A program made the translations under genes and the position numbers. Source: a virus (taxonomy: Duplodnaviria > Caudoviricetes). Taken from it: a DNA stretch of 64,000 bases. Location of the stretch: the IMG/VR virus record IMGVR_UViG_2636415703_000001, positions 1 to 64,000 of that record; one strand, written 5' to 3'. The notes beneath the pieces were generated by a model, which worked only from the letters and a program-made list of their open reading frames with translations, did not search any database and was not told the DNA's origin. Below, piece by piece: positions 47,933-57,573 of this stretch; the first letter of the stretch is position 1, and the number at the start of each line of letters is the position of its first letter.

Positions 47933-49366
47933 TTACAGGTAGTTAAAATCAAACGTGGAGTCAGCCACATTGAGGTAGATAAAATCATTCAGCTGCAGAG
48001 CCGTTTTCATGTTGTGTGGAGTCAGTTGATAAGAGATAAACAGGTTGAGCTCTTCAATGACGCGCCACAGGTCTTTAACCTGCACCTGCGGGAAGTGTTT
48101 ACCGGCATCTACGCCATTCTGATCGCTGTCGCCAAATGTCGTTGCATCGCGCCCGAATTGGGCTTCCAGCGCCTCCTGAACGGCTTTCAGTGCATCAGAG
48201 AGGATGACGTTCTTTTTCGCCAGTGCAGTCAGGGTGATCGTGAACGGTTCTTCATTTGTCTGGACGTAGCGAAAATTCTTATTGATCTCATTCGGAATGG
48301 CCGTGACAGCGGTCATGATCATAGTTTCGAGCTCAGCCTGAGTGTAACCCGGCTTATGCCCGCAGAAGAAAATCGTATTGATGTTGCTAAGCGACTTAAC
48401 GCCGGTTGAAAGCTCCTGCTCCTGCTCACCCCAGGCGCTGATCCAGGACATACCCGGTACAGCGCCTTTCAGGAAGTACTTATAGTCGCCACCCCACACA
48501 ACCTGTTCGTCATACGCCACGTAGTACTGTGCCCGGTTGCGCGTTTCCTCCGTGCTTTCAAAGCCACTGCCGCCCGTGATAGGCGTTGTGGTCACGACTT
48601 CGATTTTGCTATTCATATCGGCAATGTTGCCCGCTGGCGTCAGCTTCTGGCCCTGTGTCAGCGTGGTGTCACCCCGGCTACACCACACGTCCAGATCGAC
48701 CTTACTGCCGGTCTTTGGCATCTTGCCGATTGCGCCGTCACCAAAGCGCACGCCCAGCTGCTCAGACGGCTTATAAACCAGCACGTAATGCTGGCTGGTG
48801 CCGCGGGAAAGGCGAAACAGCGGGTTATTTTCCCACCGGGATTTATTCTCGTTCTCCGTCACAAACACGTCCAGTGAGACGGTTTCCTCCGTGATATCAC
48901 GCGGCAGCATTACCGTGTAAAACGGCGCTTCGGCGTCGATCGCGGAGGACACGTTGACGTGCTCCATCTGGCGGACGTCGTTCACAATGACGCTGCCGCC
49001 AGCAGGGATAATCACGACGTCGGTTGTGACATAGGGCAGCTGCGCATTCGACAGGAACTCTGCATAAATTGGCAGCTGAATGACTTCATCCGTTTTATTC
49101 GTGATCTTCACACTGCCCCACGACGGCGTGATCAAGTGACCGAGATAGTTACGGTCTTCGGCTGCGGCCAGAATGCTCGATCGCTTCGTCGCCGTGGAGA
49201 TAAAGCCCTCCGTCAGCCCGCGCTCAGCGGTGGTTTTTGCCGCGTAGATGATCTGTGCGCCAAAGACAGCCATCATCTGAATGAACTGGCTGTTGGTAAA
49301 CTTTCTCCACCAGCTGTTCGCCTGCAACTTGCCGTTAAAATTCTCCAGTAATTCTCCAATACTCAC
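47933..49366 (-). CDS. bplA: Baseplate wedge protein
   Basis: FISTATKRSSI, V.FGDG..GK.P, GG...ES.EE.R. Confidence 0.85.
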   Translation of the reverse strand: MSIGELLENFNGKLQANSWWRKFTNSQFIQMMAVFGAQIIYAAKTTAERGLTEGFISTATKRSSILAAAEDRNYLGHLITPSWGSVKITNKTDEVIQLPIYAEFLSNAQLPYVTTDVVIIPAGGSVIVNDVRQMEHVNVSSAIDAEAPFYTVMLPRDITEETVSLDVFVTENENKSRWENNPLFRLSRGTSQHYVLVYKPSEQLGVRFGDGAIGKMPKTGSKVDLDVWCSRGDTTLTQGQKLTPAGNIADMNSKIEVVTTTPITGGSGFESTEETRNRAQYYVAYDEQVVWGGDYKYFLKGAVPGMSWISAWGEQEQELSTGVKSLSNINTIFFCGHKPGYTQAELETMIMTAVTAIPNEINKNFRYVQTNEEPFTITLTALAKKNVILSDALKAVQEALEAQFGRDATTFGDSDQNGVDAGKHFPQVQVKDLWRVIEELNLFISYQLTPHNMKTALQLNDFIYLNVADSTFDFNYL

Positions 49367-49378
49367 AATTTCCCCCGG

Positions 49379-49738
49379 TTAACTTTTGTTCATGGATACG
49401 GCCAGCGGGCCGTATGACGTGATGAATGTGATTTGCCATGTATCGACGTTTTGCGGCGCGCAGCGGATCGCACGCAACCCCAGCCCTGGCAGATCGATAC
49501 GCAGCTTGCGGATCAGCGCGGCCTCAATAGCCACTTCAGTTAAATGGCCGGTTTCAGAGCCGACCGGTTCGTGTTTGTAGTCCTGCATGGTGTTGCCCCA
49601 TCCGGGCAGACCGTAAACGCTCCCCTGCGGCGTTCTCAGCCATTCCTCCAGACGGGCAAGCCATGCATCTGACTCCCCTGCTTTAACCACCACGCCACCC
49701 TGATCCACGCGCATGAGGCAGTCGATTTCGTTTTGCAT
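49379..49738 (-). CDS. pmgA: gp25-like baseplate protein
   Basis: WL.TPQGSVYG.P.WG; synteny. Confidence 0.7.
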   Translation of the reverse strand: MQNEIDCLMRVDQGGVVVKAGESDAWLARLEEWLRTPQGSVYGLPGWGNTMQDYKHEPVGSETGHLTEVAIEAALIRKLRIDLPGLGLRAIRCAPQNVDTWQITFITSYGPLAVSMNKS

Positions 49739-49741
49739 GTT

Positions 49742-52700
49742 TTAGTCCTGCAGAAGTTCGTTGAGCGCCGGATCATTGATGCTCAGGGTTGATGACGTGC
49801 GGGGGGCCGGTTGAGCGGTGTTAACCACTTTGTCCGGCGCGGTATCGCTTTTCTTTTTCGTGACGCCCAGCAGCGCCTCCAGCTGGGTGCGCATGCCTTT
49901 CAGCTCTTTGAGCATGTCCTGATTTTGATTGCTGTTGTCACTGCTCATCATCGGTCGCATGCCACTCCGAGGTAGATCAGTCACGTTCAGAATTTGGGCC
50001 GGATGACTCAGCAGAGGCTGTTGTGCAGGCCTTGTCTGTGCCGCACTGCCGCCGCTCAGGTATGACTTACCGGCGCTGGCCAGCGTCTCGATGCCACTAT
50101 CAAGCCAGCCGCCAGCCTTGCTGCTCAGCGGTGAAATGGCGCGGAGCATACCCGGATCGGTAATGCCTGCCTGGTCCAGCACGCTGCTGATCATGTCGTT
50201 GCCGCTGAAGCCACCCAGGGTCTGACTGAATGTGTCGCTAATAGCGGGCATGATCGAGGCGCTGACGGCGTTAACTCCATCCTTTGCGCCGCCCAGCATG
50301 CGATCAAAGAATCCGCTGGCTTCTTGCGCTGCAGCTGGCCGGGTGCTGGCCATTGTGATCGGTGCGCCGGACGTTGCAGAGCCCGGACGGGCTTGTACAC
50401 TGCCGGTTGAAACTTGAGATACAGCGGCGGGACGTGAACGGCTGGCAATCTGGTCCGGCGCCAGCGCGGCCAGCTGTAGGCCTGCGGGAAGAGATTCACC
50501 ACCAGGCAGGGACAGGCCGCTGGTGGGACGTTTGCGGGACATACCGGCCACGCCCAGGGATTCTGTTGCGGCCTGCACTTTGCCGTCAGCCCACTCGTTC
50601 AGGGCTTTGACCTGGCCCCATGCACCTGCCCCGGCGTGCCTGATTTTGTCGGCTGGGCCGCTGGCAGGCTGGCCCTTATCAGCTTCCTTTGCTGCAGCAA
50701 CCTGCGATGCCGTGGGCGCTGTCGGGGCAACGGCTTTCACTGCTGCCGGTGCGGCCGCGGGCGTAGTAACAGTTGCCGGTGCGGCGGCGGGTGCCACTGC
50801 GCCAGCCGTCAGCTTCACTTTGTCGCCAGCTGAATAGAGTGAGTCCACTGCAACGGGTGCCAGGCCCTGCTTCGCACGCGCTTCATTCACTGACTTAAGG
50901 GATTCGTCGCTGAATTTCCCTCCGACCCACTTACCATCTTCATTGTGACCAATGGCGTTCATCATGAAGTCGTTCGTGACCTGCGGGTTGCCGCCCTCGA
51001 TGGTGGCAATACCGCGCATCATCTGCGTCATGACTTTTGGATCTTTCAGGTTCAGCTGCTCATCACCACGGACGCCCAGCTTTTTCGAAAGCGAATCCAC
51101 GTACTGTGACGTGTTGTTTTCACTCTCTGGCGCGTACAGCTTGATAATGTCCTGTACGGTATTCAGTTTCTTGTAGCCTGCGGCTTTAGAGGTGCCTTCT
51201 GAATAGCTTGTGAGCTGGTTCGCCAGAGCCCTAAATCCTTCCTCTGGAGTGTTGAACTTAGCAAACCGGGCTTCACCTTTACCGTTTTTAGCCTCCAGGC
51301 TTGCGCCCTCTTGCCCCACATAGTTCAGATTGCCAAAGTTGTTGTTACGGAAGGATCGGACCTTCGCATTTGCGCCGCCCACATTGAGATCTGCGCCGAT
51401 GCTGTTCTGCGCGACGTCGGCATAATCAGCGGCGTTTTTGCCCTGCGTACCTACGCCGTCCTCACCCCACTCGCCACCCTGCAGCTGTGTACCGAGGCGG
51501 TTTATAGCCGTGACGGTTTTCGTGGTGCCATCGGTGATCGCCTTCGTCTGCTCTGCGCTGGTGCCGGTCAGCTTGTCATAGACGCCCGACGCGCTGGTTG
51601 AGAAGGCGCTGAACATGTCGCCCACTTTGCTCAGCCCGGAATCAAGCCCCTTCGCAATGTCGCCGGTATCAAACGTCAGTGATTTTGCCACCCCATTCAT
51701 ACCCAGCGCTGACGCGCCGGACGCCAGCAGCCCGGATGCGCCGGATACCAGCCCGCCCATGTTCAGGACGTTTGCAGCTGTATACTCGCTTTTCTGCCTG
51801 CCGCTGGCCTTCTCCCCTTCTTTCAGTCCGAAGGCCCGCTGCTGGCCTTCTGTGTCGTTATAACCTTCGTAGGCGTCCATGCCCGCGCCAATTACGGTCC
51901 CGACCAACGGGATCGCTTTAAGCGCAGTCTTACCGGCAATTTTACCGGCCACCTTCAGCCCGCCTTTTTCTGCGGTCTTCTCCGCTGCTGCTTCAGTAGT
52001 TTTCTCAGCGACTTTAAGCCCGCCTTTCTCGGCGGTTTTCTCTGCTGCGGCCTGTGTGGCTTTCTCTCCGGCTTTAGCGGCTTCACTGCCCGCCTTGCCG
52101 CCAGCGGCAATCGTGGCTCCGGCTGCAGCCGTTGTGGCCGCTGCACCGGCGACGGTTGCTGCTTTTTTACCGCCTTTCAGCAATTCCATAGCCTTAGTCA
52201 GTAAGCCTTTCTTCTTAGGCTTTGGTTTTGGCTTAGGATCGGGTTTCGGTCCCTTATTCGTTTTTTTACTGTCCGGCAGCAGATCGTCGGCCATATCCGC
52301 CACATCAGCTGCAGTCGTTGCGAGTCCATGCCTGCGGCCCCGGCGTTTACGCCTGCCAGGAATGAGCGAATCCATCAGCCCGCCAGCGCCTTTGCCAGAT
52401 GTGTGAGAGAGCTTTTTAACTTCCTCCCGCACGTCATCTAGGGCTTCAACAATGCGATCGTCATTCGCGGCAATAACTTTGGTCTGCTCCTGCGTGACCT
52501 GGATAGCTTTTGCCTGTTGAGCAGACTTGAAACCGTCAGCTGATTTTGGCTTGCCGATCGCTGGTGGCGTTCTGGCTTCGGTTGTTACTGGTGGGTGCGT
52601 CAACGGCGGCTCAATTTTTAGCGCAGCGTTGCCCTCCGTTTTTCCCTGCATGAAGTTTTTCAGCGTAACGACGTTTTTGCCGACTTCTGCAGATATGTCG

Positions 52701-53479
52701 TACATGCCTTTACCCATCATCCAGAGCGGGCCACCAGCAGCCGTGCCTGCAATGTCTGCGCCTGAAGACATACCATCGCTGTTCGTTTCAGTAGCAGTTT
52801 CCAGCATGCTACCCAGGGTGCGGAAAAATCCCTGCTGCTGTTTTTGCTCAGCACGGCGCGCATTTTTCTCCTGCGTTGCAGCGGAAGCATCAGCAGAATC
52901 TGTGCGTTTTTTAAAGCGACCGTTAGCGTCACGGCCTGCTGGTTTACCACCTGCCGCCTGCATGTCAGAGTCAGAGTCAGAAGCAGTATCTGGCTGACGC
53001 TTTACAGGCTTTTTACGAGCGCTTGTAAAGCCACCAATCATCTTTAATCTGTTCTTTTTGTTACCTTCTGAAAGCAAATTATTTTTACCACTTGAGCCTT
53101 TAGCTTTTTTCCAGCCCTCTAAAGACACAGCATTGTTATATTTATTACCTTCGAAGAGTAATTTTTCTTCTCTTGAGTGCTTTTTTGATTCTTTTAAAGA
53201 GACATCACCTTTAGAAGGTGAATTTCCTTCTTTTTCAGGTTTATTTGTGACTTTTAAAGCGTCATTTTTGTGATTACTTATGACTTCATTCCCGACGCCC
53301 CTCCTTTTAGTAAGCGATCTAGTCACTTTAATTTCAGAAGTAACACTACGTTCTTTTATAGGATGATTGGACCGTATGTTAGATATTCGATGCCGGATTA
53401 GTGCCATTTCCTTGAGTTGATCACGGCTGGCGTGCTCAATTGCATCAATAATCCGGCTTATTTCCTGAGAATTTTTCAT
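49742..53479 (-). CDS. sit: Tape measure protein with peptidoglycan-hydrolase-like domain
   Basis: 1245 aa, Ala/Gly-rich; internal RNNNFGNL..FAKFNTPEEG..YAP..ENNT..Y domain. Confidence 0.85.
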   Translation of the reverse strand: MKNSQEISRIIDAIEHASRDQLKEMALIRHRISNIRSNHPIKERSVTSEIKVTRSLTKRRGVGNEVISNHKNDALKVTNKPEKEGNSPSKGDVSLKESKKHSREEKLLFEGNKYNNAVSLEGWKKAKGSSGKNNLLSEGNKKNRLKMIGGFTSARKKPVKRQPDTASDSDSDMQAAGGKPAGRDANGRFKKRTDSADASAATQEKNARRAEQKQQQGFFRTLGSMLETATETNSDGMSSGADIAGTAAGGPLWMMGKGMYDISAEVGKNVVTLKNFMQGKTEGNAALKIEPPLTHPPVTTEARTPPAIGKPKSADGFKSAQQAKAIQVTQEQTKVIAANDDRIVEALDDVREEVKKLSHTSGKGAGGLMDSLIPGRRKRRGRRHGLATTAADVADMADDLLPDSKKTNKGPKPDPKPKPKPKKKGLLTKAMELLKGGKKAATVAGAAATTAAAGATIAAGGKAGSEAAKAGEKATQAAAEKTAEKGGLKVAEKTTEAAAEKTAEKGGLKVAGKIAGKTALKAIPLVGTVIGAGMDAYEGYNDTEGQQRAFGLKEGEKASGRQKSEYTAANVLNMGGLVSGASGLLASGASALGMNGVAKSLTFDTGDIAKGLDSGLSKVGDMFSAFSTSASGVYDKLTGTSAEQTKAITDGTTKTVTAINRLGTQLQGGEWGEDGVGTQGKNAADYADVAQNSIGADLNVGGANAKVRSFRNNNFGNLNYVGQEGASLEAKNGKGEARFAKFNTPEEGFRALANQLTSYSEGTSKAAGYKKLNTVQDIIKLYAPESENNTSQYVDSLSKKLGVRGDEQLNLKDPKVMTQMMRGIATIEGGNPQVTNDFMMNAIGHNEDGKWVGGKFSDESLKSVNEARAKQGLAPVAVDSLYSAGDKVKLTAGAVAPAAAPATVTTPAAAPAAVKAVAPTAPTASQVAAAKEADKGQPASGPADKIRHAGAGAWGQVKALNEWADGKVQAATESLGVAGMSRKRPTSGLSLPGGESLPAGLQLAALAPDQIASRSRPAAVSQVSTGSVQARPGSATSGAPITMASTRPAAAQEASGFFDRMLGGAKDGVNAVSASIMPAISDTFSQTLGGFSGNDMISSVLDQAGITDPGMLRAISPLSSKAGGWLDSGIETLASAGKSYLSGGSAAQTRPAQQPLLSHPAQILNVTDLPRSGMRPMMSSDNSNQNQDMLKELKGMRTQLEALLGVTKKKSDTAPDKVVNTAQPAPRTSSTLSINDPALNELLQD

Positions 53480-53650
53480 TCCGATCTGCTTCTGCTTGAT
53501 CTCATTTGCTCAGTGAGCGTCGTGTTCATCTGAATTGCACGCCATAACGGCAGGGCATCAACATCACCGACCGGCTGGTGTGCAGTAAGCGTCAGGTTGT
53601 CAATGATGGTTAGCCATCCACTGAGGGGAAAATCGTGGAATAAAAAATCC
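53476..53650 (-). CDS. Probable frameshift extension of tail assembly chaperone
   Basis: Open frame overlapping pmgB 3' end and abutting sit by ATGA; no clear start of its own. Confidence 0.5.
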
Positions 53651-54418
53651 AGAGCGAAAGGGGATAAACAGTTGAGTCGTGTTCTTCTGCATGCCCTCCT
53701 TTTCACAGGCACAGGGCGGAAGCAAAAGCCGGACTTCACCCTGTGTGATTTGCATCAGCAGGCCGTGGCGCAGGTTGCGCTGCATCAGCTGGATATGAGC
53801 CACCAGCGGCGCGAACTCAAGATCGGGAACCATGCTTTCCATAATGTCGAAGCGGCGATTTGCAGCCTCTTCAAAATCAGCCGGGTCATCGTCCAGCGCG
53901 GTGCAAAGCGCGAACTCCGCAATGCGCATGCGCATAATGGCAGTTTCATATTCCGGCGCGTCAGTATCCGGCAGACCGGCGCGCATGCGCTCCAGCATTT
54001 CCTGCCCGTGCCCGGTAAGTGGTTTAAGGGTCCAGACAGTCGGTACGCCATTAACCGGAACGCTGACGCGCTCATGAGGTGCGATGGTCAGCAGCTCAAC
54101 GGTTTCCGCCAGTTTACTCAGATCGAAGTCGTAGGTATGAATCTCGCCGCAGTGTTCACAGGTATAGTGAAACGCCTCAAGATTATCGGCGCGGCTGTTG
54201 ATCATGATCCACCACAGCGCGGTTCGGCGCTCCTGTGCGGTCCAGTCGCGGCTGTCATCAATCGGACCTTCCTGCAGGGCATTCAGGTATTCCGTAACGC
54301 GCCGTTCATCACCTAAAACGTCGGGAGAGCAGTATTTCAGAGCGTCTTTCATCACCGGCTGTCGGAAGATGATTTCTGTGGCAGGGCGCGACGCCAGCGG
54401 CAGTGGAGGGATGATCAC
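53600..54418 (-). CDS. pmgB: Tail assembly chaperone-like protein
   Basis: CEHC motif; directly upstream of tape measure gene. Confidence 0.7.
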   Translation of the reverse strand: MIIPPLPLASRPATEIIFRQPVMKDALKYCSPDVLGDERRVTEYLNALQEGPIDDSRDWTAQERRTALWWIMINSRADNLEAFHYTCEHCGEIHTYDFDLSKLAETVELLTIAPHERVSVPVNGVPTVWTLKPLTGHGQEMLERMRAGLPDTDAPEYETAIMRMRIAEFALCTALDDDPADFEEAANRRFDIMESMVPDLEFAPLVAHIQLMQRNLRHGLLMQITQGEVRLLLPPCACEKEGMQKNTTQLFIPFRSGFFIPRFSPQWMANHH

Positions 54419-54429
54419 TGTATTGTCCT

Positions 54430-55152
54430 TCAGAATTTAATGAGGTTGGATGCAGATGATTGAACCTGGTTTGTAATTCCCCCGGTTACTCCTTTCAGCA
54501 AACCGTTTGCGAGACTTCCGGCGCTGGTGTACTTCACGAACGTCACCGGAATGGTGGCAAACTCGCCCACGGCATCGCGGGCGCGGGAGATCTCGCCAAT
54601 GGTGGTGATGAAGCCTTTCATTTCCTCTTCCAGCGAGGTGCGACCGTCCTGTAAGACACGGTAGATCCGGATGTTGAGCAGGTAGGCTGGCGGCAGATTA
54701 AAAGTGCCATCGCCGTTATGGATGCGCGCACGACGCTCCTTAAACTTCTGGAGAATTTCGCCATCCTCATTGTCACGAACGGTCATCGAGACAGAGCCCG
54801 CAGTGACATGTGTCGGCTTCACAAACTCGTTGCCGCCAATCAGCTTGCTTTCGGTTTCAACGTTGCCCGTGCTATAGGTGATATCTTTCACGTACATGTC
54901 CACGCGGGAGAAGCCGTCAATCTCGATGTTCCACTGCCAGCCCTGCGCATACCGGATACGCATAGCCATTTCGAGGATGGTTTTCGCGTTGGCCAGCTCA
55001 GGCGGCAGACCGGCATACGACGCGCCGGCGCCGCCGCTCATACTTGAAGAGGCACGGGACAGGATGTTAGAGATCAGGCTGTTTCCGGCCTGCTTAGCCG
55101 TGCTGGTGGCAAATCCCTTAATGTTCCCGGCCAGACCGTTAAAAAAGCTCAT
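54430..55152 (-). CDS. tub: Tube initiator or baseplate hub protein
   Basis: Tube-fold features (AQGWQW, KDITY, VRD.EDG); synteny. Confidence 0.65.
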   Translation of the reverse strand: MSFFNGLAGNIKGFATSTAKQAGNSLISNILSRASSSMSGGAGASYAGLPPELANAKTILEMAMRIRYAQGWQWNIEIDGFSRVDMYVKDITYSTGNVETESKLIGGNEFVKPTHVTAGSVSMTVRDNEDGEILQKFKERRARIHNGDGTFNLPPAYLLNIRIYRVLQDGRTSLEEEMKGFITTIGEISRARDAVGEFATIPVTFVKYTSAGSLANGLLKGVTGGITNQVQSSASNLIKF

Positions 55153-55161
55153 AGCGCCCCC

Positions 55162-55713
55162 TTACCAGGTGCTCATTGCGGGGATAATTGCCCGGCTGGC
55201 GGAGATCTGCATTTCCAGATCGGTTTTACGCTGATGGAGCGTGGCCTCATCAGGCAGAAACGATGCGTCGAATTTACCGGCGATGTGCAGGCGGCGCAGG
55301 CGCTCGACATTCGGGATAGCGATCAGCACTTCCAGGTAGTCTTCGAGCAGGCCGGTAATGTCTGCCGGTAGCTGTGTCTGTTCGTAATCGCAGTCGCGGA
55401 TATTGCGGAAGTAGAGCAGGGTAAACGGCCATTTCTCGCGGCCAGTCAGCTCAAGCTCAATGGTTGAATCGTAGGGATGGGCATACACCAGCGCGCCATT
55501 GAAATCGTTCACGTTTACCAGTGACAGGTAATCAGACGGAAAAGGGAGGCTTGCGCCCCCCGTTTTCTCAATGCGTTTACGGCCTGGTACACCGGCCCGA
55601 TCCTGATAGACGCCGAGAGCCTGGCGGAGAAGGCTGGTTAACAGCGCCTCTTCATCCACCAGCAGCGTCGTGAAGCGCGCTTTCACGGCCTCAAGCAGTT
55701 CGACCGGCGTCAT
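55162..55713 (-). CDS. pmgC: Head-tail adaptor
   Basis: MTP..LLE.VKARF, LLRQALG.YQDRAG; synteny. Confidence 0.65.
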   Translation of the reverse strand: MTPVELLEAVKARFTTLLVDEEALLTSLLRQALGVYQDRAGVPGRKRIEKTGGASLPFPSDYLSLVNVNDFNGALVYAHPYDSTIELELTGREKWPFTLLYFRNIRDCDYEQTQLPADITGLLEDYLEVLIAIPNVERLRRLHIAGKFDASFLPDEATLHQRKTDLEMQISASRAIIPAMSTW

Positions 55714-55715
55714 GA

Positions 55716-56207
55716 TTATTCAGCCCAGTTGTAAACTACGCGCAGCGGCAGCTTAACGGCAGCAGTGGTGTCTTCAGAGCCAAAGTCCACGGCATCAGAG
55801 TACACCTTGCAGTGCAGGTAGCTTCGGGTCAGGCCCGCGTCGGCGCCGCCGTTCGATTCTGCTGCTGCAGCAAAGGTGATATCCACGTACTCCTTGTTAA
55901 GCACCATCTGGCGGACCGCTGCAAACACATCGCCTTTAATGGTTTCTACGCAGGTCATCTGGAACTCACCAGAGTTTTTCAGGGTGCCATGCTGGTTAAA
56001 CTTCATGCCACCAGGTGCCACGTCTTCAACGTCCTCACGGGCCATTTCCGGCAGCTGTGCGGTACGGATCAGAATTGACAGGTTCGGGTAGCCTTTTACG
56101 GTCATCCAGTACTCAGAGCCGATAAGTTTTTCGCCCGCGGCAAGGTTCTGGTTAAAGCGTTTTTTCAGAAAAGCCGTGTCGGCTTTCGTGTTGGAAAATC
56201 CGGACAT
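55716..56207 (-). CDS. bplB: Tail tube protein (BplB/TubB)
   Basis: 163 aa; REDVED..P.G, YNW end; synteny. Confidence 0.7.
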   Translation of the reverse strand: MSGFSNTKADTAFLKKRFNQNLAAGEKLIGSEYWMTVKGYPNLSILIRTAQLPEMAREDVEDVAPGGMKFNQHGTLKNSGEFQMTCVETIKGDVFAAVRQMVLNKEYVDITFAAAAESNGGADAGLTRSYLHCKVYSDAVDFGSEDTTAAVKLPLRVVYNWAE

Positions 56208-56217
56208 AATTTGTTCC

Positions 56218-56790
56218 TCAGATAAACATGTATGGAATGTCAGACTGGTTCTGGACGCTCAGGCCGGAGCACTGGAGCGTGACGGTGTTGTGGGTGTAGT
56301 GCCCCTCAGCAGTGCGGGGTGCGTCCAGCTGATAGCCGACGTGTCGGATCACCACGTCCATCAGCTTCAGGCGACGGCCAATGTCCATGATCACGGGAAG
56401 AGGACGGCGGCCACCCGGCAGTGCGGCGTTCAATTCAGGCGAGGCCATCTGCTGCAGCGTCATGATTGCGTCCATCACTTCCACCTTCGCGTTCATGGTG
56501 GCCATCAGGTCTACGACGATGCTGAACTCAGGCGGCTGCTGGCCTTCCCAGATAAGCAGGGAGTTGAAGTCTGACTTTGATGTACTGCCGCTAACCGCCT
56601 GCACACCGCCCGCCAGCTTGCCGCCAGCTGCACTCACCGCACCGGCTACGCCGCCCAGCGAGTCATTGGCAAACGGAGATTCCCACATGGATTCAATGCT
56701 TGCGCTGGAGCCTTCCCCGATGTAGCCCACAACCATCGCCGTTTCAGACGTGATGTAGATCTTCAGGAAAGGGCTGACGCCATCCGGCAT
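56218..56790 (-). CDS. pmgG: Tail or baseplate protein
   Basis: WESPF, MASPEL....PGGR.P, IGRR; synteny. Confidence 0.65.
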   Translation of the reverse strand: MPDGVSPFLKIYITSETAMVVGYIGEGSSASIESMWESPFANDSLGGVAGAVSAAGGKLAGGVQAVSGSTSKSDFNSLLIWEGQQPPEFSIVVDLMATMNAKVEVMDAIMTLQQMASPELNAALPGGRRPLPVIMDIGRRLKLMDVVIRHVGYQLDAPRTAEGHYTHNTVTLQCSGLSVQNQSDIPYMFI

Positions 56791-56851
56791 GATTGCACCG
56801 CAGATCATCGTGCTATCCTCAATGCCGCCGGTCTTACCCGGCGGTTATCCC

Positions 56852-57562
56852 TTAAAGGCCGCGCTTCTTACGCAGTTTCATCGACTTTTTACGGTGCGCA
56901 TTTGCCATCGAGCTGTGCGCCTTCGTGCGGGCTTTTTTCAGCGCCTGCTTCTGGAGCGACGTCATGCGGCGCTTCTTCGGACGCTTGCGGATCAGCGTCA
57001 CCTGACCGTCACGCACGGCTTTAAAGGTGGCCGATTCCAGCATCGCTTCACCGCCTTCACCGCCAGCCACGGTGTAATCTGCGATCGCTTCGTCGTCGTC
57101 AGCCAGGCCGGAAAGCGCTTCGAAAACGCTTTCAGCGGCGCTGTCGTCGTCGTCATCGATCATGCTGGTGACGTCATCCTGATCCGCGCCCAGAGCAACA
57201 GCGGCGTTTGCCAGCTGGCCCAGTGCGTCGTTGAATGCGTCTACCTGCTCGTCATCCAGATCGTCGTCGTCAGACAGCGAATCCAGACCGGCCAGCACCA
57301 GCGCCAGCGCTTCAAAGCTGTCAGAGTCGGCTTCGCCATCAGCTACCCAGCCCGCCAGCAGGGATGCGGCTACGGAGCGGGCATCTTCACCAGCGCGACG
57401 CTCCACAGCCTCAAACATAGCCACGATGCGCGCCGAGGCGGCGTTGCCTAAGCCCGCACTTTCCAGCATGGAATCCTTAATGGCTGGCTCTCCAGCTGCA
57501 GCAGGTGCCGCGAATGCCGCACCCAACAGGCCATGCGTTTTGTGATTAAAAATGTTGTTCAT
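56852..57562 (-). CDS. gp21-like protein, acidic with basic C-terminus (possible prohead core)
   Basis: Synteny 23-22-21; tail KKARTKAH...RKKSMKLRKKRGL. Confidence 0.65.
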   Translation of the reverse strand: MNNIFNHKTHGLLGAAFAAPAAAGEPAIKDSMLESAGLGNAASARIVAMFEAVERRAGEDARSVAASLLAGWVADGEADSDSFEALALVLAGLDSLSDDDDLDDEQVDAFNDALGQLANAAVALGADQDDVTSMIDDDDDSAAESVFEALSGLADDDEAIADYTVAGGEGGEAMLESATFKAVRDGQVTLIRKRPKKRRMTSLQKQALKKARTKAHSSMANAHRKKSMKLRKKRGL

Positions 57563-57573
57563 AATTTCCTCTG

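Noticed and set aside
51950-52050. 60-bp tandem repeat in sit (AAAEKTAEKGGLKVA twice)
   Set aside because: Ordinary tape-measure repeat; not a DGR template, and no reverse transcriptase in the window
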